A model generated the notes under the pieces. That model was given only the letters and a program-made list of their open reading frames with translations. It did not search any database and was not told the DNA's origin. Both the position numbers and the translations under genes were made by a program. 63,426 bases of DNA from Eubacteriales Family XIII. Incertae Sedis bacterium (GTDB taxonomy: Bacteria; Bacillota; Clostridia; Peptostreptococcales; Anaerovoracaceae): contig JAISKP010000140.1 in NCBI GenBank assembly GCA_031260885.1, positions 1 through 63,426 on the forward strand, in the 5' to 3' direction. Position 1 is the first letter of the stretch, and each line of letters begins with the position of its first letter. Below, piece after piece: positions 9,995 through 18,433 of the stretch.

Positions 9995-10672
9995 ATGGAA
10001 AAATACTTTTCGCAGTTAAGCCATTCCCCGTTGTTTGCGGGAATTGGCCATGATGATTTTAATGCGATGCTGAACTGTTTGGGTGCATCGCTTCGATCTT
10101 ATCCGAAAGGTGGAACCGTTTACTTTGAAGGCGATACCGTTACCGAAATCGGCGTAGTGGTCAGCGGCAGGCTTCATCTTGTAAAAGACGACGTATGGGG
10201 AAACACCTCTATTGTGACTGAAATCTCTCCGCCGGATATGTTTGCGGAAGCTGTTGTCTGCAGCGGAATTGGGCGCATCCCCGTCAGCGTCCTTGCAAAA
10301 GAAGAAAGCGAAATTCTCTTTATCGACTACAAAAGAGTTGTGACAAGCTGCTCGTCCGCCTGCACGTTTCACGCGAAGTTGATTCGCAACATGCTCCGCA
10401 TCTTGGCGCAAAAAAACGTCCTGCTGTCAGCAAAGATGGAGCATATCACAAAGCGCACCACAAAAGAAAAACTGCTCTCGTACCTGACGGAACAAGCACG
10501 GCAAGAAAACAACCGGCGATTTGATATTCCTTACAACAGACAGGAACTTGCGGATTTCCTATCCGTAGAACGAAGTGCACTATCCGCAGAAATGTCAAAG
10601 CTGAAGGCCGATGGTACAATCAATTACCAAAAGAATCATTTCGAGATATTAAAGAACCCGTACACAGAATAA
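9995..10672 (+). CDS. Crp/Fnr family transcriptional regulator
   Basis: An N-terminal cNMP-binding-like beta barrel (GDTVTEIGVVVSGRLHL) is followed by a C-terminal HTH (NRQELADFLSVERSALSAEMSKLKADG). Start is at MEKYFSQL. Confidence 0.85.
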   Translation: MEKYFSQLSHSPLFAGIGHDDFNAMLNCLGASLRSYPKGGTVYFEGDTVTEIGVVVSGRLHLVKDDVWGNTSIVTEISPPDMFAEAVVCSGIGRIPVSVLAKEESEILFIDYKRVVTSCSSACTFHAKLIRNMLRILAQKNVLLSAKMEHITKRTTKEKLLSYLTEQARQENNRRFDIPYNRQELADFLSVERSALSAEMSKLKADGTINYQKNHFEILKNPYTE

Positions 10673-10755
10673 GCGTTCGCGGTTCGTTGTAAATGTGCGC
10701 GGCAAGGCGTAAAATATCTACTTGTTGGATGCCGAATACCGGACGGAGAGACGGA

Positions 10756-11079
10756 ATGAGAATCAGAAAAGCGGATCAGAACGAAGACAGCCGCGCACAG
10801 CGGCTTGCAAAGATTTCCGATGCGTTGGCACACACCGCGCGCATCGAGATGTTTCAATATATCATGAAATGCAATACAGCGCGGACACCGGTGCGCAACA
10901 AAGATCTCGTAGCTGCGTTTCCATATTCGCAGGCAACCGTCTCGCAGCACCTGAACAAACTGGTCATCGGCGGGCTGATCGAAGCGCGGCAGGAAGGCAC
11001 TTCGACGATGTACTACGCAAATATCGGTGCGCTTGCACAGTATACAGACCTGCTCCGAATGATGACAATACCGGAATAG
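10756..11079 (+). CDS. ArsR/SmtB-family winged-helix transcriptional regulator
   Basis: LAKISDALAHTARIEMFQYI...VRNKDLVAAFPYSQATVSQHLNKLVIGGLIEARQEG matches the ArsR HTH pattern. ATG at 10756 is preceded by GGAGAG. Confidence 0.7.
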   Translation: MRIRKADQNEDSRAQRLAKISDALAHTARIEMFQYIMKCNTARTPVRNKDLVAAFPYSQATVSQHLNKLVIGGLIEARQEGTSTMYYANIGALAQYTDLLRMMTIPE

Positions 11080-11139
11080 ATAGGGAGGGTGTTCCGGTTC
11101 CTAAGGCAGAGAGGATTGCTCAAATCCGCTTACCTCTTT

Positions 11140-11619
11140 TTATTTATGATAGGTTTCACCTCTGTTGATCTTGAAGCTTCGGTAGATCTGTTCGAGCAGG
11201 ATCACGCGCATAAGTTGGTGCGGGTATGTCATCCGAGAAAATGAAAGCCGCATGTCGGAACCGTCAAGTAATTCTTTTGACAACCCGAGCGAGCCGCCGA
11301 TGATAAATGCGATGCGGCTTTCTCCGTTTACTGTCAAGTCTTTAATCTTGACAGCCAGCGCTTCGGACGACAATTCTTTTCCCCGGACGTCGAGTGCGAT
11401 CACATAGCTGCGCGGGTGCACCTGCGCCAGCAGCGCCTTGCCTTCCGCGAGGATGACGGCTGCTTCTTCGGCAGGACGCGCCTTTGCGGGCAGCGGCGCC
11501 TCTTTGACTTCTACGATAGAAACTGTGCAGAAACCGGAGAGCCTTTTCAGATACTCCGCCGCCGCGTCTTTCCAATACTTTTCTTTCAGCGTCCCAACGC
11601 AGATGATGTCAATATTCAT
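11140..11619 (-). CDS. rlmH: 23S rRNA (pseudouridine1915-N3)-methyltransferase RlmH
   Basis: The 159-aa SPOUT protein opens with MNIDIICVGTLKEKYWKDAAAEYLKRL. It also has FIIGGSLGL and LSFSRMTYPHQLMRVILLEQIYRSF. Confidence 0.9.
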   Translation of the reverse strand: MNIDIICVGTLKEKYWKDAAAEYLKRLSGFCTVSIVEVKEAPLPAKARPAEEAAVILAEGKALLAQVHPRSYVIALDVRGKELSSEALAVKIKDLTVNGESRIAFIIGGSLGLSKELLDGSDMRLSFSRMTYPHQLMRVILLEQIYRSFKINRGETYHK

Positions 11620-12175
11620 GCACGCTCCTCTTCAAGCCGGGGGTGCGCAGAATCAGCTGCGCGATAAAACCGATGAGCAGACCGCTGAGAACCGCGGAAA
11701 TGAGCAGTGCGGGCAGAAGCATAAAAATCGAAACGGTGTGGGTGACGAGAACGGCAAGGGAAAGCTGTCCTGCGATGTGTGCCGTCGCTCCGCCTACGGA
11801 AACACCGAAGACGCTGAACAAGCCTGTGCGCTTTAACAGAATCATGACGAGAACACCGAGGATGCCGCCTGCCAGCGCATAGAGCATCGCCGAAAATCCC
11901 GTAAACATCAATCCGGCAAGAAGAATCCTGATGATGTTGACCGCAAAAGCGCCTCTGCCGCCGAGCAGATAAAGCGCAGACAAGACAGCGATGTTTGCGA
12001 AGCCGAGTTTGACACCCGGGACGGGCACAGGCAACGGGATCAGACTTTCAAGATAGGAAAGCACGAGCGCCACCGCGGTGAGCACCGCGCAGAGCGTAAG
12101 CATACGGACCGGCGGAAGGGTCGTGCACGCGTCTCGCATTTTGGACTTCGTGTCAGTACGTATAGGCATCGGCAT
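11609..12175 (-). CDS. Gx transporter family membrane protein (Hpre_diP_synt_I-like)
   Basis: A polytopic membrane protein with LESLIPLPVPVPGVKLGFANI. It sits in the conserved ApbE / NusG-II / Gx arrangement. The start is uncertain (12175, 12169 or 12139). Confidence 0.7.
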   Translation of the reverse strand: MPMPIRTDTKSKMRDACTTLPPVRMLTLCAVLTAVALVLSYLESLIPLPVPVPGVKLGFANIAVLSALYLLGGRGAFAVNIIRILLAGLMFTGFSAMLYALAGGILGVLVMILLKRTGLFSVFGVSVGGATAHIAGQLSLAVLVTHTVSIFMLLPALLISAVLSGLLIGFIAQLILRTPGLKRSVHEY

Positions 12176-12557
12176 CTCCTTCTCCGCCGCGTATTTCTAC
12201 GGACAGCATATTCGGCAGGCAGACAATGCTCTGTCCGGTTCGGTCGATCGGCGGACGATGTACACAATCCTGTCCGGGGCAATCCGCTGATTTCATGCGT
12301 ACACGCATGCGTCCTGAACTGTCTTCTTCGATCATGATGACGTTTTCATAAGTTTTGTCAACGACAATCTCCTGCGCCTCACTGAGCGCATAAACGCCGT
12401 ACAGTTCCCCGCCCACCGTGACCGTGACGCGCGCATCGTCCGCGTAGACGCCGGCATTCGCGGCGAAAAAAGCGCCGATCACGGCACCGACAAACAGCGC
12501 TGCCGTCAAGATGACGTCCGCCGTACGAATCTGCAGTGCTGTCTTTTTTATCTTCAT
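12153..12557 (-). CDS. NusG domain II-containing membrane-anchored protein (DUF1312 type)
   Basis: An N-terminal TM is followed by a beta-rich domain ending in the CPGQDCVH...IVCLPNMLSVEI motif. Confidence 0.75.
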   Translation of the reverse strand: MKIKKTALQIRTADVILTAALFVGAVIGAFFAANAGVYADDARVTVTVGGELYGVYALSEAQEIVVDKTYENVIMIEEDSSGRMRVRMKSADCPGQDCVHRPPIDRTGQSIVCLPNMLSVEIRGGEGDADAYTY

Positions 12558-12610
12558 TCCTTTATATATCCTTTGCCTGATCCTTGTCAGGTTTCGCTAC
12601 CGTCTGCTTT

Positions 12611-13717
12611 TTATCGTGCGGTCACATAGTCGATATCCCCCGTCGTGATCACCGTGCCGTCCTCCTTTAAAAGCACCGCCTGAATATGATTCTCTTCAAG
12701 AAACTGTTGCGCCGCCACGCTGCCGAGCAGGATGCAGGTGGTCGTAAAGCCTTCCCCGTCGACCGACAGATCCGTCACGACAGTCACGCCCGCAAGATCC
12801 GTCTCCGCCGGGAAACCGGTCACCGGATCGAGGATGTGATGGTAGCGCACGCCGTTTTGCATGAAATAGCGTTCGTAAGTCCCGGACGTCCCGATCGACT
12901 TTGTGCCGCTCACGGTGATCGTTCCTAAGATCGTCGACACCGGATCCTCCGCATTTTCGCGCCCTTCTGAATTCTCTCCGACAGGCGCACCGAACGTGAA
13001 CGGATTCCGAACACCAACCTTCCATGGCGTTCCGTCCGCCTTTTCGCCGACGGTGACAACATTGCCGCCCAGATCAATGAGCGCTGTCTTCACGCCGCTC
13101 TCCGTGAGAAACGCTGCCAAACGATCCGCGATATAGCCCTTTGCAATCCCGCCGAGATCGAGCTGTGCGCCGGGACGGGTCAGACGAATTGTGTTTTCCG
13201 TGACTTCAATGTCCTTGAAGTTTACCGAGGTCAGTTTCGCCGCAATCTCCCCTTCGTCCGGTATGCTTCTTTCCGCCGACGCCGATGAAAAATCCCAGAG
13301 CGAAGAAACCGCTCCGATGCTTACGTCAAAACCGCCGTCTGAAAGTTCCCCGTAATAGACCGCCTTATTGAGCAGCTCTATCGTAGCCTGCGACACCGCT
13401 ACCGCCCTGCCGTTTGCCGCATTGATCCTTGAAATATCGCTGTCTGCTACCGTCCGGCTCAGCAGCTGCTCATACTCGGCACACAGCGCGAGGGCCTCTT
13501 CCGCATAGCGCGCATCGTCCTTCGTGTAGACGGTAACGCTACACATCGTGTCAAGCAGAAACGCTGTCTTTGAAATCGGTTCACTTTCCGGTACAGTGCC
13601 TCCACATGCTGAAAGATCCGACAAGAGGAAAATCAACAAAACGGTGAAAATCGCAAACTGCACCTTCGGGAACTTTATTATTTCTTTATCACGTTTCACA
13701 TAGACCTTCCTGTTCAC
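12611..13717 (-). CDS. apbE: FAD:protein FMN transferase ApbE, predicted lipoprotein
   Basis: Lipobox LSAC follows the signal sequence. ApbE motifs are present: FDVSIGAV, LDLGGIAKGY, GTSGTYERYF and YHHILDPVTG. Confidence 0.9.
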   Translation of the reverse strand: MNRKVYVKRDKEIIKFPKVQFAIFTVLLIFLLSDLSACGGTVPESEPISKTAFLLDTMCSVTVYTKDDARYAEEALALCAEYEQLLSRTVADSDISRINAANGRAVAVSQATIELLNKAVYYGELSDGGFDVSIGAVSSLWDFSSASAERSIPDEGEIAAKLTSVNFKDIEVTENTIRLTRPGAQLDLGGIAKGYIADRLAAFLTESGVKTALIDLGGNVVTVGEKADGTPWKVGVRNPFTFGAPVGENSEGRENAEDPVSTILGTITVSGTKSIGTSGTYERYFMQNGVRYHHILDPVTGFPAETDLAGVTVVTDLSVDGEGFTTTCILLGSVAAQQFLEENHIQAVLLKEDGTVITTGDIDYVTAR

Positions 13718-13819
13718 CTTTTCTTATGATAGAGAAAATTGCCCGAAACGGTTTCGAACAATCCCCATCCCCTCTACCTTACACGGTAATTGTAACATGC
13801 GCGCGCAGCTGAGTGTGTT

Positions 13820-13987
13820 TCAATGTTCCCCCCTGATGCCGGATCGCGCCGCCAATGCCGCATTGAGTTCCGCACCGGTGGTGACTTCCACTACGGCTGG
13901 ATCCGCAAATGCGACACTGACGGATGCGATCACCAGCGATAAAGATATCACTGTGGTGATAATACCTCTGAATATCTTGTGTTTCAT
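13820..13987 (-). CDS. Hypothetical 55-aa signal-peptide ORF, possibly a remnant of a larger surface protein
   Basis: My own translation gives MKHKIFRGIITTVISLSLVIASVSVAFADPAVVEVTTGAELNAALAARSGIRGEH*. The signal peptide with an AFA cleavage site is clear. The ORF ends just after a G6 run (13828-13833). The SD is poor, and it is below the ORF-track size cutoff. Confidence 0.3.
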   Translation of the reverse strand: MKHKIFRGIITTVISLSLVIASVSVAFADPAVVEVTTGAELNAALAARSGIRGEH

Positions 13988-14005
13988 TCCTATTCTTACT
14001 TTTGT

Positions 14006-14188
14006 TCATGATGATGTCCGGGACATTTGTGTTATGTGCAGCCGACCGTCGCCTGCATACGTTGTGTCTGTAATGTACATTGAGACTTCTGCGGACGGCA
14101 CCGCAAATGCGGTAACGGGAAATGCAGGGAGGGAAAGCCCAAGGGCGATCAGGACACCTATTGGCATTGCGAATATTTTTTTCATCAT
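14006..14188 (-). CDS. Hypothetical 60-aa secreted peptide
   Basis: MMKKIFAMPIGVLIALGLSLPAFPVTAFA|VPSAEVSMYITDTTYAGDGRLHITQMSRTSS. The internal ATG is preceded by AAGGA at 8 nt. I recognise no family. Confidence 0.4.
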   Translation of the reverse strand: MMKKIFAMPIGVLIALGLSLPAFPVTAFAVPSAEVSMYITDTTYAGDGRLHITQMSRTSS

Positions 14189-14327
14189 GATGCGATTCCT
14201 TTTCTCGTTGAGCGTATTTGAGTTAGCATAAACTAACTCAATGCTCTTGTCAAGCGTTTTTTTCTGATCGACGGAAAATGAGCTGGCATGGAGAGCGGAA
14301 ACGCAGACAGCTCCTGCGCGCTCTTGA

Positions 14328-15122
14328 TCAGAATTCAAATACCACGCTCATCCTGTCGCGCAGAAGCGATTTCAGAAAAACATCTTTCCCATTATAGATA
14401 TCCATCTCCGCGAGCATCTCCGTCACCGTCTGCTCCGCGAGTTCCGGCCGGTTGTTGTCACGACTCAAATGCGCAAGCAGGATGCACCGCATTTTGCGAT
14501 CCATCGCCATCACATCGATGATCGCATTTGCCGCTTGCGCATTGGATAGGTGTCCGTAGTCACCGAGAATCCGGCTTTTCAAAAACTGCGGGTATCGACC
14601 TGTTTTGAGCAAGTCGATATCGTGGTTTGATTCGAGTACCAAAATGTCTGCATCCGCTGTCTCGCGAAGAATCTCTTCCGTGAAAATACCGGTATCCGTT
14701 ACAATGCTGACGATTTTTCCTTTATGTCGGACGCTATAGCCGATGGGTTCGGCTGCATCGTGGCTTGTTGAAAAAGTGCGGACATCGAGATCTCCGATGC
14801 TGAACTGCTCGCCGGGCTGAAATCTTTCCTGCCGGTCAACGGACACAGCATCCTGCATTGCGTCGAACGTCCCGCCGCTTCCCCAAACCCTTAGCTGCGG
14901 CATGCGGTTTGCCGCAGCGGAAAGCCCTTTGATATGATCCGAATGTTCATGTGTAACCAAGATACCGGTCACTTCGTCCGTATCGGTCCTCGCCCGGTAA
15001 AGCGACGAAACGATCTGCGACGCGCTGATGCCGGCATCGATCAGGATCGCCGTTTCGTCAGAACGTATTAAATGACAGTTTCCGCTGCTGCCGCTCGAGA
15101 ATGAACAATATCTTAAACTCAT
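14328..15122 (-). CDS. MBL-fold metallo-hydrolase (YycJ/WalJ-like)
   Basis: The THEHSDH metal-binding motif is present, with the N-terminus SSGSSGNCHLIRSDETAILIDAG and a C-terminal LAHLSRDNN. Confidence 0.85.
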   Translation of the reverse strand: MSLRYCSFSSGSSGNCHLIRSDETAILIDAGISASQIVSSLYRARTDTDEVTGILVTHEHSDHIKGLSAAANRMPQLRVWGSGGTFDAMQDAVSVDRQERFQPGEQFSIGDLDVRTFSTSHDAAEPIGYSVRHKGKIVSIVTDTGIFTEEILRETADADILVLESNHDIDLLKTGRYPQFLKSRILGDYGHLSNAQAANAIIDVMAMDRKMRCILLAHLSRDNNRPELAEQTVTEMLAEMDIYNGKDVFLKSLLRDRMSVVFEF

Positions 15123-15205
15123 AAAACCATCATACAGGGGCAGCGCAAAAAAGTAAATTCGTCTATTTCAACTTGGATATTTGTTTCGATGAAAAGACTG
15201 AAAAA

Positions 15206-15275
15206 CGGAAACTGACGTTCGTTCGAGTTTTTTGTCTCATAGGACAGGGTTTTCTCGAACAAACGAAACTTTCCG
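15206..15275. repeat. 70-nt imperfect-palindrome element, copy 1
   Basis: cggaaactgacgttcgttcgag-N26-ctcgaacaaacgaaactttccg. The 22-nt arms are complementary at 18 of 22 positions. On the minus strand the hairpin is followed by TTTTTCAGTCTTTTC. Confidence 0.8.
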
Positions 15276-15297
15276 CATGAATGAGGCGCTATTTCTA

Positions 15298-15366
15298 CGG
15301 AAACTGACGTTCGTTCGAGTTTTTGTCTCACAGGACAAGATCTTCTCGAACAAACGAAACTTTCCG
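15298..15366. repeat. 69-nt imperfect-palindrome element, copy 2 (direct repeat of copy 1)
   Basis: Both 22-nt arms are 100% identical to copy 1. All 5 differences (1 indel and 4 substitutions) fall in the loop. Copy 2 lies 92 nt downstream of copy 1. Confidence 0.8.
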
Positions 15367-15430
15367 TAGCGGTACGTATATTCGGAAAGTTAGATCGTTG
15401 GATAGGACAGTTGGGAACCGTCTCCTGTGA

Positions 15431-15760
15431 TCATAAAAATTCATCCGGTAGCTGGAATTTCCAGATACGCTCAGGATCGGGGTCATCATCCGTGAGCGAA
15501 ATACGGTAAAGATTCCAATTATCGTCCGTGTCATATTCAAGTAAAAAATAGTAAAGCCAGCCATCTGTCGCTCCCAGTGGTATATTTGAAACATTTTCTT
15601 TCCGCAGCAAATCTCGAACATTTTGCCCATTTTTGTCAAACCGGGTGATATATGATGTATTGGAAGTATCATCTTCGCGCGTCCAGTCGAAATAAAACAC
15701 TTCGGTACTATTGCTATTCTCCGTCTGGCACCCTCCGCTTGAATTTATCTGCGCTGCCGT
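15431..15760 (-). pseudogene. Remnant of a beta-propeller-like (DUF5050-style) protein gene
   Basis: ...FYFDWTREDDTSNTSYITRFDKNGQNVRDLLRKENVSNIPLGATDGWLYYFLLEYDTDDNWNLYRISLTDDDPDPERIW has good coding character. The open frame (stop to stop, 15431-15760) has no ATG, the GTG at 15700 has no SD, and the frame runs into the rnhA 5' region. Confidence 0.4.
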
Positions 15761-15773
15761 TCATAATGGAAGC

Positions 15774-16343
15774 ATGTCAAACAAAACGCACGATGGGGCG
15801 CTCCCTGTAAACATCTATACCGACGGTGCCTGTTCCGGAAATCAGTACGCAAGCAACACCGGCGGGTGGGGCGGGGTGCTCGAATATGGTAAACATAAAA
15901 AGGAAATTCACGGCGGCGAAATCAATACGACAAATAACCGTATGGAGATGATGGCCTTGATCGCCGCATTATCCGAATTGAAAAGATCCGGTCAATTCAT
16001 CAGGGTTTTCAGCGACAGTTCTTATCTCATGAACTGTTTTCGTGCAAAGTGGTATGAAAAATGGCAAAAGAACGGTTGGCTGAATTCGAAAAAAGAACCC
16101 GTAGAAAACCGCGACCTGTGGGAAAAGCTGCTTCCATTTTTGCAGGAACATGATTTTCGCTTCTATCTCGTGAAAGGACACCTCCCGCTAAAAGGAGAGG
16201 GCACCGCCCTGAATACAGCCTATGCCAAGTTCAAAGCCCATAACGGCGACGGGTTCTCTTATGAAGAATTTTTATATGTCGTTCAGATGAACAATCGCGC
16301 CGATGAACTTGCAAACATCGGAATCACCGAACAAAAAATCTGA
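15774..16343 (+). CDS. rnhA: Ribonuclease HI
   Basis: IYTDGACSGN...GGWGGVL...TTNNRMEMMALIAALSEL...VFSDSSYL...W...NRDLWEKL...VKGH...N.RADELA carries the DEDD catalytic pattern of type 1 RNase H. Start is at MSNKTHDG. Confidence 0.85.
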   Translation: MSNKTHDGALPVNIYTDGACSGNQYASNTGGWGGVLEYGKHKKEIHGGEINTTNNRMEMMALIAALSELKRSGQFIRVFSDSSYLMNCFRAKWYEKWQKNGWLNSKKEPVENRDLWEKLLPFLQEHDFRFYLVKGHLPLKGEGTALNTAYAKFKAHNGDGFSYEEFLYVVQMNNRADELANIGITEQKI

Positions 16344-16385
16344 CACTTTTCAGGTTGCATCCGAGGTCTCTGTGCTGTAACGTTG

Positions 16386-17489
16386 TCAGAGTATCTCCGC
16401 GATGATGATCGCTCGATCATCCTTTGCGCCACCCAAAGTATATTTATTCGCTTCACTTATGATCTTTTGTGCAAGCTGCTGTCCGCCAAACTTGTAATAC
16501 GCTCCGGCGGTCTGTCGGACGCCTTCGGCACCAAACATCCTCTTTTCGGTAGAGCTGTATTCTTCAATGACGCCGTCTGTATAGAGGATCAACCGGTCGC
16601 CCGATTTAATTCCGATAATCTCTTCTTCGTAATCGGCCAGATCGCTGATCTTACTGATCGGCATCCCGCGTACGGGAACTTCTTCAACCCGACCGCCTTC
16701 CCGAATCACGAGCGGATAACAGTTGTGCCCTGCATTTGCAATCGATAACTCGCTTTTCGCTCTGTTGTATTTACAGAACAGAATGCTGAAATAGAGAATC
16801 GCATCGATGTCCAGCGCGAGAAATCCGTTGAGCAGTTCTGCGATCAGTTTTTCGAGTCCGCCCAGCGCAAGCTTTCCTTCCGCGCGTATTTTTTCCCGGA
16901 TGAACACCGTGAGCAGCGAAGCCTGAATGCCGTGACCCGCGACGTCGGCAATATACAGAAGCGTTTCGTCTTCGCTGAGCTGGATGATGTCAAAAACGTC
17001 GCCACCCAAATCGTCCGCAGGTAGGTATAACGAGCTTAACCGCATTGAATTCCAATATTCATCGTCTATCGGCAATATGCTTTTTTGTATTTGCTTTGCG
17101 ATGGCTGTTTCGCGGCGTATTTTCTGCAGATTTGTTGCAAGACCATCCTCGACAACCTTTTGCTCCGTAATATCACGGAGTAAAATCGCTGAAAACTGCC
17201 GCTCCTGATCGGCATCAAGGCGCATGGCATGCAGACGATAGGTTACGTCCGCCAGGATCGTTTCCGTACACAACCAGCTGCCGCTACGCCCCGGTGTCCG
17301 GATCCAGCTTTCGATCTTTTCCGCCTCTGTACCGAGAAGAAATGCGAGCGGTTTTCCCGTAAGGTCGCCAAAGGTATCTCGCATAATTTCATTCTGATAA
17401 ACGATGACTTGATCCGCGTCGGTCAGCATCATCGGGTCAATGAGGTGCTCGGCAACACGGCTTAGCATTTCTTCATATCCAACAGACAT
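16386..17489 (-). CDS. PAS-domain PP2C-family (SpoIIE/RsbU-type) serine phosphatase
   Basis: An N-terminal PAS-like region (DPMMLTDADQVIVYQNE) is joined to a PP2C domain (GGDVFD, IADVAGHGIQASL, ANAGHN, LILYTDGVIE, DDRAIII). ATG at 17489 has AAGGA at 6 nt. An alternative TTG at 17510 overlaps the parB stop. Confidence 0.85.
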   Translation of the reverse strand: MSVGYEEMLSRVAEHLIDPMMLTDADQVIVYQNEIMRDTFGDLTGKPLAFLLGTEAEKIESWIRTPGRSGSWLCTETILADVTYRLHAMRLDADQERQFSAILLRDITEQKVVEDGLATNLQKIRRETAIAKQIQKSILPIDDEYWNSMRLSSLYLPADDLGGDVFDIIQLSEDETLLYIADVAGHGIQASLLTVFIREKIRAEGKLALGGLEKLIAELLNGFLALDIDAILYFSILFCKYNRAKSELSIANAGHNCYPLVIREGGRVEEVPVRGMPISKISDLADYEEEIIGIKSGDRLILYTDGVIEEYSSTEKRMFGAEGVRQTAGAYYKFGGQQLAQKIISEANKYTLGGAKDDRAIIIAEIL

Positions 17490-17506
17490 TCGGTATCCTT
17501 TTTCGA

Positions 17507-18433
17507 TCAACGTTTTCGCATCGCGCGAAAATCATCAATGAGTCCCTCCAGTTCGTCGCGTGAATAGTAGTGTATCTCGACGACACCGTTCTTCCCGTTG
17601 CTGTTGATCGTTACTCTCGTCCCGATCAAGCCGGTCAGTTCTTCTTCGACCCTGCGAATCTCCTCGTTTTTCCTTCTCGGTTTTGCCTTGACGGCTGCAG
17701 CTTCCTTTTGCTTTCCGGACAGTTTCGCCGCAAGCAGTTCGACTTCCCGAACGGAGAGTCCTTCGCGAACCACCTGCCTGGCGACCGCAAGCTGCTTCTC
17801 GGAATCTTTGATACCGCCAAGCGCATTCGCATGTCCAGACGTCAGATTGCCGGCGGTAATCATCTCCCGAATTTCTTGCGGCAGCTTCAGAAGCCGCAGC
17901 GTGTTGGCAATGTAAGGACGGCTTTTCCCGACGCTTCTGGAAATATTTTCCTGTGTCATGCCGTACACATCCATGATCTTCCGAAATGCCCCGGCTTCTT
18001 CAAGGGGATTCAGATCCTCCCGCTGCACATTTTCGATAATCGCAAACAGGGCATTCTCTTCGCTGCTGAGCGTCCGAACAATCGCGGGAATCTCCCGAAG
18101 CCCCGCTTTTCTGGCTGCACGCCAACGCCTTTCCCCGGCGACAAGCTCATACCCGGTTCCGCTTTCGCGGAGCATAATCGGTTGTATTACGCCGTGTAAC
18201 CGTATCGATTCAGCAAGACCTTCGATGTTTTCTTCATTGAATTGCTGTCTTGGCTGCATCGCATTCGGTTTGATCGCATCGATATCGATATAGAGTACGC
18301 TGCTTTCCGTGCCTCCTGTGTCTACGTTCCGGCCTTCATGCTTCGGTTCGGGAACTGCCGCAACCGCAACATTTATCTCTCCGAAAAGCGCATCCAGACC
18401 GCGACCAAGTCCGTTTTTCCTTTGAACGGCCAC
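17507..18433 (-). CDS. parB: Chromosome partitioning protein ParB/Spo0J
   Basis: The ParB box is present (IQPIMLRE...YELVAGERRWRAARKAGL) together with the HTH (TQENISRSVGKSRPYIANTLRLLKLP). Confidence 0.95.
   Translation of the reverse strand: MAVQRKNGLGRGLDALFGEINVAVAAVPEPKHEGRNVDTGGTESSVLYIDIDAIKPNAMQPRQQFNEENIEGLAESIRLHGVIQPIMLRESGTGYELVAGERRWRAARKAGLREIPAIVRTLSSEENALFAIIENVQREDLNPLEEAGAFRKIMDVYGMTQENISRSVGKSRPYIANTLRLLKLPQEIREMITAGNLTSGHANALGGIKDSEKQLAVARQVVREGLSVREVELLAAKLSGKQKEAAAVKAKPRRKNEEIRRVEEELTGLIGTRVTINSNGKNGVVEIHYYSRDELEGLIDDFRAMRKR

Noticed and set aside
10365-10380. A parS-like sequence, cGTTTCACGcGAAgtt, inside the crp/fnr gene.
   Set aside because: It has five mismatches to the 16-bp consensus, including loss of the central palindrome. 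It is unlikely to bind ParB.
15119-15672. ORFs of 70 and 114 aa on the minus strand between the MBL hydrolase gene and rnhA.
   Set aside because: They are translated across the twin 70-nt hairpin repeats, so their sequence is dictated by the repeats. They lack SDs and have implausible composition.
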